In this document: positions 40,476-50,804 of the stretch, in pieces | Layout: every line of letters begins with the position of its first letter | Position numbering within the stretch: position 1 is the first letter of the stretch | Assembly: GCA_963708075.1 (NCBI GenBank) | Contig: OY970194.1 | Location: forward strand, 3,104,001 to 3,168,000 | Reading direction: 5' to 3' | DNA: 64,000 bases | DNA from: Sedimentisphaerales bacterium | GTDB lineage: Bacteria; Planctomycetota; Phycisphaerae; Sedimentisphaerales; Anaerobacaceae | Made by a program: the position numbers and the translations under genes | The notes under the pieces: model-generated | What the model was told of the DNA's origin: nothing | The model's database searches: none | What the model saw: the letters and a program-made list of their open reading frames with translations, nothing else

Positions 40476-41771
40476 ATGGTGAGAAGACGAAGTCTGACAC
40501 GACGAGAACTCCTCAAGAGTTCGGCAGTAGCGGCCGGGTCCCTGGTGTTATCGGGGGCGGCCGGACCTCTGGCTTTTGCACAGGGCAGCGACACGATCCG
40601 CGTGGGCGTGGTCGGCTGCGGCGGACGAGGGTCCGGCGCGGCTCATGACTGCATGAATTCCTCACAGGGCGTGAAGATCGTTGCCCTGGCGGACGCCTTC
40701 GGCGACCGCATGAAAGGCCTGAAGGACGAATTCAAGGTTGCCGATGACCGCTGCTTTGTCGGCCTTGACGCGTACAAGCAGTTGCTGGCCCTGGATGACA
40801 TCAATCTGGTCATCCTGGCGACGCCTCCGGGCTTTCGGCCGGTCCACTTTGCCGAGGCGATCCGGCGGGGCAAGAACGTGTTCATGGAGAAGCCTGTCGC
40901 TGTCTGTCCCGCGGGCATCAAGATGGTGATCGAAGCATCCGAGCAAGCCGGGCAAAAGGGCCTGGCTGTCGTCGCCGGAACGCAGCGTCGTCACCAGCCT
41001 GAGTATGTCGAGACCATGAAGCGAATCCATGACGGCGCCATCGGTGACATCGTCTCGGCCCAGTGCTACTGGAACATGGGCGGGCTGTGGGTCAGCGAGC
41101 GTCAGCCGGGCCAGAGCGATGTCGATTGGCAGATCCGCAACTGGCTGTACTTCACGTGGCTGTCCGGCGACCACATCTGCGAGCAGCACGTGCACAATCT
41201 CGACGTGATCAACTGGGCCTTCAAAGATGAGCAGCCTGAAATGATCCACGGCCTGGGCGGTCGGCAGTTCCGCACGGACCCGAAATACGGCCACATTAAC
41301 GACCATTTCGGCGTCGAGTTCATCTACCCCAACGACGTGCGGACGATCAGCATGTGCCGCCAGATCGAAGGGACCGACGGAAACGTCAGCGAGCGAGTCG
41401 TCGGTACGAAAGGCGTCACCAATTGTGCCGGCGTGATCGACGGCGAGAATTCCTGGCGATACAGAGGCCCGCGAGGCAACGCCTATGTCCTGGAGCATAC
41501 GGACCTGATCAAGAGCATCCGCGACGGCAAGCCGCTCAACGAGGGCAAACGAATCGCCGAGAGCACGCTCTGTGCGATCATGGGCCGCGAGTCGGCCTAT
41601 TGCCGCCAGCAGTTCAAGCGGTCGTGGTTCATGAACCGATGCACGCTGAACCTGTTGCCCCCCGAGGGCCTCAAGCTCAGCGATTCCAAACCCGTGCCAG
41701 CCTTTGCAGTCCCCGGCCAGTACCAACTGCCAGGGTGGGTGCAGGAGGAACGGGGCAGGAAGCGAGGCTGA
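40476..41771 (+). CDS. Tat-exported Gfo/Idh/MocA oxidoreductase
   Basis: TRRELL signal, GVVGCGGRGSG, LATPPGFR, FMEKP, GTQRRH, SGDHICEQHVHNLD. Confidence 0.93.
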   Translation: MVRRRSLTRRELLKSSAVAAGSLVLSGAAGPLAFAQGSDTIRVGVVGCGGRGSGAAHDCMNSSQGVKIVALADAFGDRMKGLKDEFKVADDRCFVGLDAYKQLLALDDINLVILATPPGFRPVHFAEAIRRGKNVFMEKPVAVCPAGIKMVIEASEQAGQKGLAVVAGTQRRHQPEYVETMKRIHDGAIGDIVSAQCYWNMGGLWVSERQPGQSDVDWQIRNWLYFTWLSGDHICEQHVHNLDVINWAFKDEQPEMIHGLGGRQFRTDPKYGHINDHFGVEFIYPNDVRTISMCRQIEGTDGNVSERVVGTKGVTNCAGVIDGENSWRYRGPRGNAYVLEHTDLIKSIRDGKPLNEGKRIAESTLCAIMGRESAYCRQQFKRSWFMNRCTLNLLPPEGLKLSDSKPVPAFAVPGQYQLPGWVQEERGRKRG

Positions 41772-41834
41772 GCCAGATCGCTGACGCGTGCAGGTTGACA
41801 CGAACTAAGACACCGAACGAAGGAGATTTCAAAT

Positions 41835-43166
41835 ATGTCGTCACAGAACAAAGGTATATCCGGGACGAACGCAGGCATTGTCGCCGGCACAGTGGCGGCG
41901 GCCGTGCTGGGACAGAGGGCACACGCCCAAGGGTCCGACAAGATTAAAGTGGGAATGCTCGGCTGCGGCGGGCGGGGCAACGGCGCTATTCAGGATTGTT
42001 TGCAGGCGGATGCCGGCGTCGAGATCATCGCCCTGGCCGACCTGTTCGAGAATCAGGTCAAAGGGACTCGGGACCGCTTCGCCAAAAACGAGAAGTTCAA
42101 AGATCGCGTCAAGGTCAACGACGATCACATGTTCTGGGGCTTCGATTGCCACGAGAAACTGGCCCAGTGCGACGCCGACCTGCTGATGATGGCCACGGCG
42201 CCCGCGTTTCGCGGACGGCAGTTGATGGCCGCCATCAAGGCCGGCAAGCACGTCTTCACGGAAAAACCCATTGCCACGGACGTGGCCGGCTGCAAGGAAG
42301 TGATGGAGGCCTCCCGTCTGGCGAAGGAAAAAGGCCTGGCCATCGTAGCCGGCACGCAGCGACGGCACGAGTTCAGCCGGCTCGAGCTGATGAAGCGCAT
42401 CCACGACGGAGCCATTGGCGAGCTGGTCGGCGGCCAGTGTTACTGGTTCGGCGGCGGCATCTGGTTCAAAGGCTGCCAGGAAGGGATGAGCGAACTGGAG
42501 TGGCAGTGCCACAACTGGTACCACTTCGCGTGGCTGTCCGGCGACCAGATCTGCGAGCAGCACATTCACAACATCGACGTGATGAACTGGTGTTTCAACG
42601 GCCCTCCGGCGAAGCTCACGGCAGTCGGCGGCCGCGGCTGGCGCACCTTCAACGAAGATCAGATCAAGAGCGCCAAGGAAGTCTGCCGCAAGCTCAATAA
42701 CGGCTCCGACGCCAACTGGGAAAAGTACAACGGCGACATCTGGGACCATATTTATGCCGAGTTTGAGTACCCAAATGGCGCCCGCTGCCTGAGCTTCAGC
42801 GGACACAGCCCCGGCACCGGACGCAACGGCGAGAAGATCGTCGGCACCAAGGGTACCAGCGACTGTAACCACAACATCACGGGCCAGAACGCATGGACCT
42901 ATGAGGGCAAAAACGTCAACGGGCAGGTGCAGGAGCATGCGGATCTGATCGCGAGCATCCGCAGCGGCAAGCCGCTCAACGAGGGCCAGCAGGTCGCCGA
43001 GAGCACCCTGACGGCCATCGGCGCACGCATCGCCGCCTATACCGGCCGCGTGATCACATGGGACTGGCTGATGAACACCTGCAAGCAGAACCTCGTGCCG
43101 AGGGACATCAAGCCCGGCGCAGGCCTGTTCTACCCCATCGCCACCGGCCGCGATGAGCCGGTGTAG
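41835..43166 (+). CDS. Gfo/Idh/MocA oxidoreductase paralog lacking the twin-arginine motif
   Basis: AAGGAG RBS. Motifs GMLGCGGRGNG, FTEKP, GTQRRH, SGDQICEQHIHNID. Confidence 0.92.
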   Translation: MSSQNKGISGTNAGIVAGTVAAAVLGQRAHAQGSDKIKVGMLGCGGRGNGAIQDCLQADAGVEIIALADLFENQVKGTRDRFAKNEKFKDRVKVNDDHMFWGFDCHEKLAQCDADLLMMATAPAFRGRQLMAAIKAGKHVFTEKPIATDVAGCKEVMEASRLAKEKGLAIVAGTQRRHEFSRLELMKRIHDGAIGELVGGQCYWFGGGIWFKGCQEGMSELEWQCHNWYHFAWLSGDQICEQHIHNIDVMNWCFNGPPAKLTAVGGRGWRTFNEDQIKSAKEVCRKLNNGSDANWEKYNGDIWDHIYAEFEYPNGARCLSFSGHSPGTGRNGEKIVGTKGTSDCNHNITGQNAWTYEGKNVNGQVQEHADLIASIRSGKPLNEGQQVAESTLTAIGARIAAYTGRVITWDWLMNTCKQNLVPRDIKPGAGLFYPIATGRDEPV

Positions 43167-43194
43167 TGCCGGCCCGTTCAACTCGTTCTCACTG

Positions 43195-43240
43195 CAGGGG
43201 CCGGGGATCGGATGCAACGTCAACCGATCCCCGGCCCCTG
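43195..43240 (+). terminator. 17-bp perfect hairpin after the oxidoreductase pair
   Basis: CAGGGGCCGGGGATCGG / CCGATCCCCGGCCCCTG followed by ATTTCT. Confidence 0.6.
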
Positions 43241-43261
43241 ATTTCTGAGGCCTGCGAGACT

Positions 43262-44422
43262 ATGACGATACTGTGCCTCTTTTGCCTGCTTATCTCGTCA
43301 CCTGCGAATTCAAAGGATGCACCGGAGACGATCCGCGAGTTCTTCACGCCGCCGCAGTTCGCCGGAGATTTTGGGCACTACGGATCGCCACTGAAGTTCC
43401 AGGACGGCACACCTGTAAGGACGCGGGCGGACTGGCAACGGCGCAGGCAGGAAATCCTCGCCACGTGGCGCAATCTGACAGGTTTCTGGCCGCCGCTGAT
43501 CGAGAAGCCTGGACTCCAGTACCTGGAACAGACGCACCGCGACAACTTCACTCAGCACAAAGTAACCGTCGAGATCGCTCCCGGCAAGCAGACAGTAGCC
43601 GGCTACTTGCTCGTCCCCGACGCTGGCCCCAAGGCCGCTCCTCCAATCCGCACTCCGCAATCCGAAATCCGAAATCTGTTTCCCGCCGTGCTCGTCGTCT
43701 TTTACGACGCGGAAACCGGCGTCGGACTAGGCAAGGAGGGGCGTGACTTTGGCTATCAGTTGGCCAAACGAGGCTTTGTCGTCCTGTCGATCGGGACGCC
43801 GGAATTCGCCAGTCTCAAGCCTCCGTACAAGCCGCTGTGCGAGATTGCCGAAGGCAAGCCTCCGCTTCAGCCGCTGTCAGCCCTCGCCTATGTCGCCGCC
43901 AATTGCCACACCGCGCTCGCGAACATGCCCAACGTTGATCCCAAGAGGATCGGCATCGTTGGCCATTCCTATGGCGGCAAGTGGGCGATGTTCGCCTCCT
44001 GCCTCTACGAGAAGTTCGCCTGTGCCGTCTGGTCGGACCCGGGGATCGTCTTCGACGAAACCCGGCCCAACGTCAATTACTGGGAGCCCTGGTATCTGGG
44101 TTGGGATGCAAGCCGCCAGCGTGAGCGAGGCATCCCGAGCGACACGAACCCTCGCACCGGCCCCTACAAGTCAATGATCGAGACCGGCCGCGACCTGCAC
44201 GAGTTGCACGCCCTGATGGCCCCCCGCCCGTTCCTTGTCTCAGGCGGCGCCGAGGATCCGCCCAAGCGATGGCAAGCCCTCAACCACACCGTCGCCGTGA
44301 ACAATCTTCTGGGCTACACAAATCGCGTCGCCATGACCAGCCGCGACACCCACGACCCGACGCCCCAATCCAATGAGCAGATCTACACCTTCTTCGAGCA
44401 CTTCCTGCAATCGGACCAGTGA
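43262..44422 (+). CDS. Secreted alpha/beta hydrolase (dienelactone hydrolase/esterase-like)
   Basis: Nucleophile elbow RIGIVGHSYGGK, ALMAPRPFLVSGG.ED, C-terminal His. Confidence 0.85.
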   Translation: MTILCLFCLLISSPANSKDAPETIREFFTPPQFAGDFGHYGSPLKFQDGTPVRTRADWQRRRQEILATWRNLTGFWPPLIEKPGLQYLEQTHRDNFTQHKVTVEIAPGKQTVAGYLLVPDAGPKAAPPIRTPQSEIRNLFPAVLVVFYDAETGVGLGKEGRDFGYQLAKRGFVVLSIGTPEFASLKPPYKPLCEIAEGKPPLQPLSALAYVAANCHTALANMPNVDPKRIGIVGHSYGGKWAMFASCLYEKFACAVWSDPGIVFDETRPNVNYWEPWYLGWDASRQRERGIPSDTNPRTGPYKSMIETGRDLHELHALMAPRPFLVSGGAEDPPKRWQALNHTVAVNNLLGYTNRVAMTSRDTHDPTPQSNEQIYTFFEHFLQSDQ

Positions 44423-45247
44423 CTACTGCGGCGCGTGGCAACTCTTGATGATGTAGCCGCCTGATTTTTCTTCTGGTTCCAGTTCGAGAATACCGCGTGC
44501 CTGCGCCTCCTCGAGCAACTGGCTGAACGATCGGACGCCGTAGTAGGATTCACTGAAGCCGGGTTTGCGGCGTTTCAGGGTCTGCTTGATCATGGAGCCC
44601 CAGATCTTTTCCCCCTCCCCGCGCTCTTCCACCAGCGCCTGATAGGTTTCGACGATCCAGTCGAAAGCCTCCTGCTTCTTGTCCTTGACGGGCTTGGCGG
44701 CTTTGGTGGTCGGGCCCCGGGCCGGCTTCGGAGCCGCCTCTCTGGCAGCCTCTTTCCTGCGAGTCGGCTGGCGGCGCACAAGGTCGTCGTAGTAGATGAA
44801 TTCATCGCAGTTTGCGATCAACAGGTCCGACGTCGAATTCTTGACGCCCACGCCGATAACGATCTTGTTGTTCTCCCGCAGCTTGCTGACCAGTGGCGAA
44901 AAATCAGAGTCGCCGCTCAGGAGCACGAAGGTGTCCAGGTGCTCCTTCGTGTAGCAGAGGTCGAGTGCATCGACCACCATGCGAATATCGGCGGAGTTCT
45001 TGCCCGACATCCGCACGTGCGGGACCTCGATCAGCTCGAAGGACGCTTCGTGCATCGCCGGCTTGAATGCCTTGTAGCGGTCCCAGTCGCAGTATGCTTT
45101 CTTAACGACGATATTCCCCTTGAGCAGGAGCCGCTCGATCACCTTGCTAATGTCGAATTGGGCATAGTTGGCCTCTTCAACGCCCAACGCAATATTCTCG
45201 AAATCACAAAAAAGGGCCATGTTCCGCGTCTCAGCCTGATATGCCAT
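44423..45247 (-). CDS. NYN-domain protein with C-terminal OST-HTH/LOTUS
   Basis: FCDFEN, KAYCDW, GKNSADIRMVVDALD, SGDSDFSPL, and C-terminal KPGFSESYYGVRSFSQLL. Confidence 0.92.
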   Translation of the reverse strand: MAYQAETRNMALFCDFENIALGVEEANYAQFDISKVIERLLLKGNIVVKKAYCDWDRYKAFKPAMHEASFELIEVPHVRMSGKNSADIRMVVDALDLCYTKEHLDTFVLLSGDSDFSPLVSKLRENNKIVIGVGVKNSTSDLLIANCDEFIYYDDLVRRQPTRRKEAAREAAPKPARGPTTKAAKPVKDKKQEAFDWIVETYQALVEERGEGEKIWGSMIKQTLKRRKPGFSESYYGVRSFSQLLEEAQARGILELEPEEKSGGYIIKSCHAPQ

Positions 45248-45366
45248 GCCATCGTTCCTTCAGTAGTCCCTATTGTCGGATTATAGATAAGTCTATTCTC
45301 AAAGTATCATTCTTCTTGTTCTCGGCCGCCCATCTTAACACAACTACCGTCCAATGCAAAGGCACA

Positions 45367-45798
45367 TCAACAAGAAGGACTGCCCCGCGGGATACGCAAA
45401 AGAAGAATGACGAGCAGCACACCCTGGGCGAAACCTTCCGCGAGGTCGACAAAGGCAAACCAGAAGAAGCCGATTCGATGGTCCGGCGGCACAGCAAGGA
45501 ACAGGGCAATGAGCCCGGCAAGAGTGCCGATCAGACAGGCAACACCCAGAATCCAGATCAAGGGGCGGTAGCGTTGCACATCCGTCGAGAACACGATGCA
45601 GAATAGCCCTGTAAGCACGAACATGCCCATCAGCATCCGAAACAGATAGCTGATAAAGATCCCCACAGGCACCGCTCGGTCGGCCGTATGGATGAACCGA
45701 ACGAGCCAGGGATGAGGCATCACGCCCGCAATGAGGCCGAACAGCGTTGTGAACGCGATGAACCGCAGTATCCATTTCACTCCGGATTCGGCTGTCAT
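45367..45798 (-). CDS. Four-helix membrane protein of unknown function
   Basis: AGGAG RBS, four hydrophobic segments, DVQRYRPLI motif. Confidence 0.7.
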   Translation of the reverse strand: MTAESGVKWILRFIAFTTLFGLIAGVMPHPWLVRFIHTADRAVPVGIFISYLFRMLMGMFVLTGLFCIVFSTDVQRYRPLIWILGVACLIGTLAGLIALFLAVPPDHRIGFFWFAFVDLAEGFAQGVLLVILLLRIPRGSPSC

Positions 45799-45835
45799 CC
45801 TGTCCTCTCCTGTATGACCTCCAGGTCCTGTTCTC

Positions 45836-46411
45836 TCAGGCGAACTTGGCGTCGGGCACTTCGCGGACGGCCGGGTCCACGTTGAAGTAATCTTCCGGGG
45901 CAAAGCCGAAGGCGTTGGCGATCAGGCTGCTGGGGAAGGTCTCGCATTTGTTGCGATAGTCGCGGACGTTGCCGTTGAAGAACCGCCTCGCGGCCTGGAT
46001 GCGGTCCTCCGTATTCACCAGCTCGCGCTGGAGTTGCAGGAAGTTCTGGTCGGCCTTGAGCTGCGGATAGTTCTCCACAACCACAAACAGCCTCTGCAGG
46101 GCGGCCACCAACTGGTTCTCATCCACCGCCTGCTCGCTGGGTCGGCCCTGGCTGGCGATGCATTGCGTGCGCAACTGCGTGACGCGGTCGAGGACCTCCC
46201 TCTCATGGGCGGCGTAGCCCTTCACCGTGGCAACGAGGTTGGGGATCAGATCGTACCGGCGCTTCAGCTCCGTGTCGATGTTGCCCCACGCGTCGCGGAT
46301 GTGGTTTCGCAGGGCCACCAGCGTGTTGTACGTCAGGACGACATAGAGTAGCGGCAGCAGGACAACAGCGGCGAGTAAGGCAAACACAATCAATGAACCA
46401 TCCATAATCAA
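45836..46411 (-). CDS. lemA: LemA family protein
   Basis: YNTLV, IDTELKRRYDLIPNLV, VENYPQLKA, EDRIQAARRFFN, FPSSLIA. Confidence 0.93.
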   Translation of the reverse strand: MIMDGSLIVFALLAAVVLLPLLYVVLTYNTLVALRNHIRDAWGNIDTELKRRYDLIPNLVATVKGYAAHEREVLDRVTQLRTQCIASQGRPSEQAVDENQLVAALQRLFVVVENYPQLKADQNFLQLQRELVNTEDRIQAARRFFNGNVRDYRNKCETFPSSLIANAFGFAPEDYFNVDPAVREVPDAKFA

Positions 46412-47106
46412 CTCCGGGAGAACAGGTAATCCGGCAGGAGCGACCTGACGGCGATGAGGCGATTCAGGTTGGATTCGATCTGCTCGGGCGACAATCGGTT
46501 ACCAAACGAAATGGCCATCGCGGGACCCTCGATCTCAATCGTCAGGTCGTCGTTGGCCAGCAGGTACTCCATCATGCGGGCGTTGCACACGTCATAGGCG
46601 AACTTCTTGTCTCGCGAGCGCACGCAGAACTTCCGCGAGAACTCGTGCGACTCGAAGTCGATATCGTCATAGCCGAGGCTCTGGGCAACCTTCGAGAAGA
46701 ACCCCTCCCGGCCGACGGTCAGCTCCGGAAACGATATGGGCATCAGCAGGAGGAAGAACGAGAAGTAGTGATGGTGCGTCTGGCGATGGCCTTTCGAGTC
46801 GGTGGAATGCGTCTCGTAGTGATAATCGAACGCCATCACGTCATGGCTGTTGTACTTGCCCGAGAGGACGTTGAACGCATAGCGATTATCGCCCGCCCGC
46901 AGCTTATCGAGGAACTGATATCGCTTGGCCAGCCCATGATCTTTGTTCGGATCGAATCGCAGCCCGAGCCTGGCCGCCAGGGCCAGCATCGCCTCCTGAC
47001 GCTTCTTGGCCACAAGATGCCCGAAGATCGCTCCGACGACGACCAGAGCGATCACACCAACAATGACCAGCACCTGCACTATGCTCATGCCTCCAAAGCC
47101 ATCCAA
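46408..47106 (-). CDS. Membrane-anchored hypothetical protein co-transcribed with lemA
   Basis: N-terminal TM and GYDDIDFESHEFSRKF motif. The stop overlaps the lemA start. The start may be ATG 47088. Confidence 0.75.
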   Translation of the reverse strand: MDGFGGMSIVQVLVIVGVIALVVVGAIFGHLVAKKRQEAMLALAARLGLRFDPNKDHGLAKRYQFLDKLRAGDNRYAFNVLSGKYNSHDVMAFDYHYETHSTDSKGHRQTHHHYFSFFLLLMPISFPELTVGREGFFSKVAQSLGYDDIDFESHEFSRKFCVRSRDKKFAYDVCNARMMEYLLANDDLTIEIEGPAMAISFGNRLSPEQIESNLNRLIAVRSLLPDYLFSRS

Positions 47107-47216
47107 CGGCTCCAGCTTCTATCAGTACCGACATTCTGCGGGAACCGCGGCTCGCATGCAAGTCTGATTTGCCGGCACTTTCCGCGTCTGAGCATCAATA
47201 GCCGCAAGGATACGGG

Positions 47217-49614
47217 CTAGAGCTTGATTGTGACTATAGCGGCGGAGAGGGCCGGCAGGCTGAAACGCGTCGTGCCGCCGTCCACCTGCACCTGGCCCGG
47301 CTCAGCGCGGACCGAGTCGGGTTTGGCCAGAGTGTTGCGGGCGTTCAATGATCCCGGCGATACTATCTGCATAGTGACTGTCGTGGATTTGAACTTCTCG
47401 GGCAGATTCAGCGTCATTTCCGCGGCGGCTGCGCGGGGGTTGACGCATTTGACGTACAGGGTCCGACCGTCCTCGGATTTGGTTGCGACGACATTCAGTT
47501 TGTCGCTGCCGCCGGTGATCTCGATACGGCTTGGGGCGTAGTGGTTACGCCAGAGCTGCATCACGACGTAGTTCGGGGCGGGGAACCACGTGCTCTGGTC
47601 GAAGTTGATGAAGGCGTTGTCCCAGGCCGTCGCGGAGACGTGGCGCAGGAACAGGGCCGGGCCGCCGATCTCGAAGACATCGCCGCATCGCTCGAACCCG
47701 TTGAGCACGCCGCCCGCATACAGCCCGGTGCGCCAGTCGGTGCTCTGGGCGTTCCACTCGGAGCAGTAGATCTTCAGCTTGGGATTGGCCGACTGGGCGA
47801 TGATCTCGGCGGTCTGGCGGATGAACCGCTCGTAGTTGCCCGGCCCGTCGGCGAAGCGGTCCGGGTTTTCATAGTGATGAATGCTCAGGTAGTCGATCAC
47901 CTGCGCAGCCATTGATGATGCGACGATTCCAATCGAGGTTGAATCCGCCGCTGCCACAGGCGATCAGCTTGATCGACGGATCGGCCTTGCGCATCGCGGG
48001 GGCGAAGCGATTGACCGCCGCGATGTAGTTGTCCGGCCCCATGCTCCACGTCTCGTTGTCGATCTCCCAGTACTTAACGTTGTACGGCTTGGGATGGCCA
48101 TTGGCGGCGCGGACCTTGCCCCACTTCGAGTCGGCAGGGCCATTGCAGTACTCGATCCAGTCGAGCACATCCTGCAGGAAGTCGTGAGTGCCGGCATCGA
48201 GATTCCACTCTGTGGTGCCGATATTGACCACGAGCAAAGGCTCCGCCCCGACCAGCCTGCACAAAGCGATGAATTCATCCGTGCCGAGGCTGTTGATGTC
48301 GAGATCGTCCCACAACTCACGGGGGGTGACACGGCGCTGGTGCTGCGGGCCGATGCCGTCCTTCCAGCGATATGGCGATGCGAAGCAGCCGCCGGGCCAG
48401 CGGATGATCGGCGGCTTGATGTCGGCCACAGCCTTCAGCAGGTCCGGCCGGAAGCCCCCCTTCGCCTTCCAAGACTGAGGCATCATGCTCACCTGATCGA
48501 TCTCCACGTCTGCCTTGCCGGGTACTACCACTTGCAGGACCGCGTTGGCATCGGAGGCCTTCGGACGAAGCTTGAATTTGAATTCGCGCCAGCCGCTGCG
48601 CGGGCTGCTGAGCTTCTGCTCCGCAATGGTCTGCTTGCCACTGAGCAGGCGCACGACGAGCCTGTCACCCGAGCCGCGAGCCCAGAGCGAGCCCTCGTAC
48701 GTCTCGCCCGCCCGGATGCAGAACTCATCCTGCATCAAACCCGTCTCGCCGGCATCGCCTACAATTCGGACGAAAGCGTTGCTATTGAACGCATTCTTGG
48801 ATTCGATGCTCCCCTTGCCGGGGCCGAACATGTTCCAGTGCCGAGTCTCGAATACCTGCTGCGGAGCCGGCGGCAGACCCTCGAATAGGACCTTGTCGTC
48901 TAATGTGGCCACTTTGAGATTGCGGAACTTCGCCTGCGTGGACCACGTCCCCACGCCGACCCGCCCCGCCAGATGCGGCGACCGCGCATCGGTGTAGTCG
49001 AGGACTTGCTTGTCGTCCAGCCACACCTGCAGGTGGTTGCCTTCGCAGCGCACGCGTATGCGGTACCACTTTCCCGTGTCGATTCTGTCACGGACCTGCG
49101 GCCCAACCGGATTCCGCTGCCTGCCAAAGGCTTTCTCCAACTGATGATGCTGGTTGCCCCAGCCGCCGATGTTGTACCAATAGAATTGATTGGGACCGGC
49201 GATGCGGAAGAGAATGAGAAAGCCCTCCGCTCCACCGGTCTTCCGGGCTTCGAGCGTGTACTCATAATCGGTCCAGGACGCGTCGCCGAACATCAGCCGC
49301 TGGTCCGTGCCCATGCCGGCCTGAATGACCTGCCCATCTTCAATGCGCCAGAGGCCGGCGGAGTTCTCTTCGAAGCTGCGATTCCAGACCAGCTCGCCCC
49401 ACAGGCCACCATTGGCCGAGTGGTAGATGTGCTCGAAGAAGTGCCCATACACCTTCTCATCGATACGGTTCAGCACGCGGTCGGGATTCAGAGTGTATGA
49501 GACTTTCAGCACTTCCTGATCTTGGGCGGCTGCAAGCGATGTCCACGACAAGGCAACTACCGTTGCACAGAGAAGCCCCACAAGCCCGATCCCCGCCTTT
49601 GTTCCTGAACGCAT
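47217..49614 (-). CDS. GH51 alpha-L-arabinofuranosidase with an inserted beta-sandwich domain; apparent frameshift near 47905
   Basis: YGHFFEHI, IRWPGGCF, YRWKDGIGP, GTDEF, EYCNG, YWEIDNE; after the shift IDYLSIHHY, SEWN and a C-terminal beta domain. Confidence 0.88.
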
Positions 49615-49807
49615 GTGTCAAACCCTTTCGTCGTGTGTCTGCATGATAAAGCGGACGTCAGTGACAATTAAGGGCACAACCTATCGCCGCGGGCTCAGGC
49701 GTACAACGCAATTTTGCGTTTTATATTCACCTCTTTGCGAATGAGGGCAGCTCGCCCGTCTGACTTTCGGCTTTTGCGGCGGATGGGCCGCTGGTAGAAT
49801 CCGCATA

Positions 49808-50793
49808 ATGGGCGAAGCAACGAAAAGGCGTCTGTCTCCGGCTCTGGTGCTCTTCTTCCTGGCGCCGGCAATCGGTGAGTTGCTCAGCAGTTCGGCGCCG
49901 CCGGCGGAATTCTTCAATCCGCCCGGCTTCATCGTCCTCTCTGTGCTCTACGGCGGCGGTGCGATTCTGGCACGGGAGCTTGCGTTTCGCTGGGGCAAGG
50001 GCTGGCCGAGCCTGCTGATCCTTGGAGCGGCCTATGGCATCGCGGAGGAAGGGCTGATGTGCAAGAGCTTCTTCGATCCGGGCTGGATGGACGTGGGAAT
50101 CCTGGGCGAATACGGGCGATGGCTCGGCGTCAACTGGGTGTGGTCGGTCGAGCTGACGATCTATCACACCGCCTTCACCATCCTGATTCCAATCACACTG
50201 GTGACACTCCTGTTCCCGGATCGGCGGATGACCCCCTGGATCGGCCGGCGCGGGCTCGTTGCTCTCTGGATTCTGTGGCTTGCCAACGGCGTCCTGATCT
50301 TCCTTTTCATCAGCAAATACCGCCCGCCCGTGCTGCACTACGCGGTAGCAGCAGGCACGATCGCATGCCTGGGTGCCGCGGCGAAGTGGTTGCCGGCGAC
50401 TGTCGCCCCGCCGGAGGCGTATGGAAAAGAGACGCCCGGTTGCGGCCGGCTCTTTGCCCTGGGCTTCGTCAGCACAGTGGTCTTCTTTGTGCTGGCCTGG
50501 ATGCTGCCGCACAGCCGGCTTCATCCCCTGGTTGTGTTCGGACTCATGGCGGTGCTCGCTGCCGCAATGATATGGGCCATTTGGCGCATCTCAGCCAGAC
50601 CCGGCTTCTCGGACAGGCACAAGCTGGCGCTGGTCTGGGCGCTCTGGGGTTCTTCATCTTCATCGTGGCCCCGGTGCGGGAATTGGCAAAGAACCCAGCC
50701 GACAATCCGGCCGGGATGCTCATCGTGGCACTGGCGTTCTTCCTGTTCCTTGCCTGGATGTGGCGCCGCACACGACCACATGCGGAGACCTGA
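49808..50793 (+). CDS. Polytopic membrane protein; apparent frameshift near 50640
   Basis: About 9 hydrophobic segments and LGAAYGIAEEGL..KSFFDP. The hydrophobic C-terminus continues in the shifted frame to TGA 50793. Confidence 0.75.
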
Positions 50794-50804
50794 TTCATGC
50801 GTCC

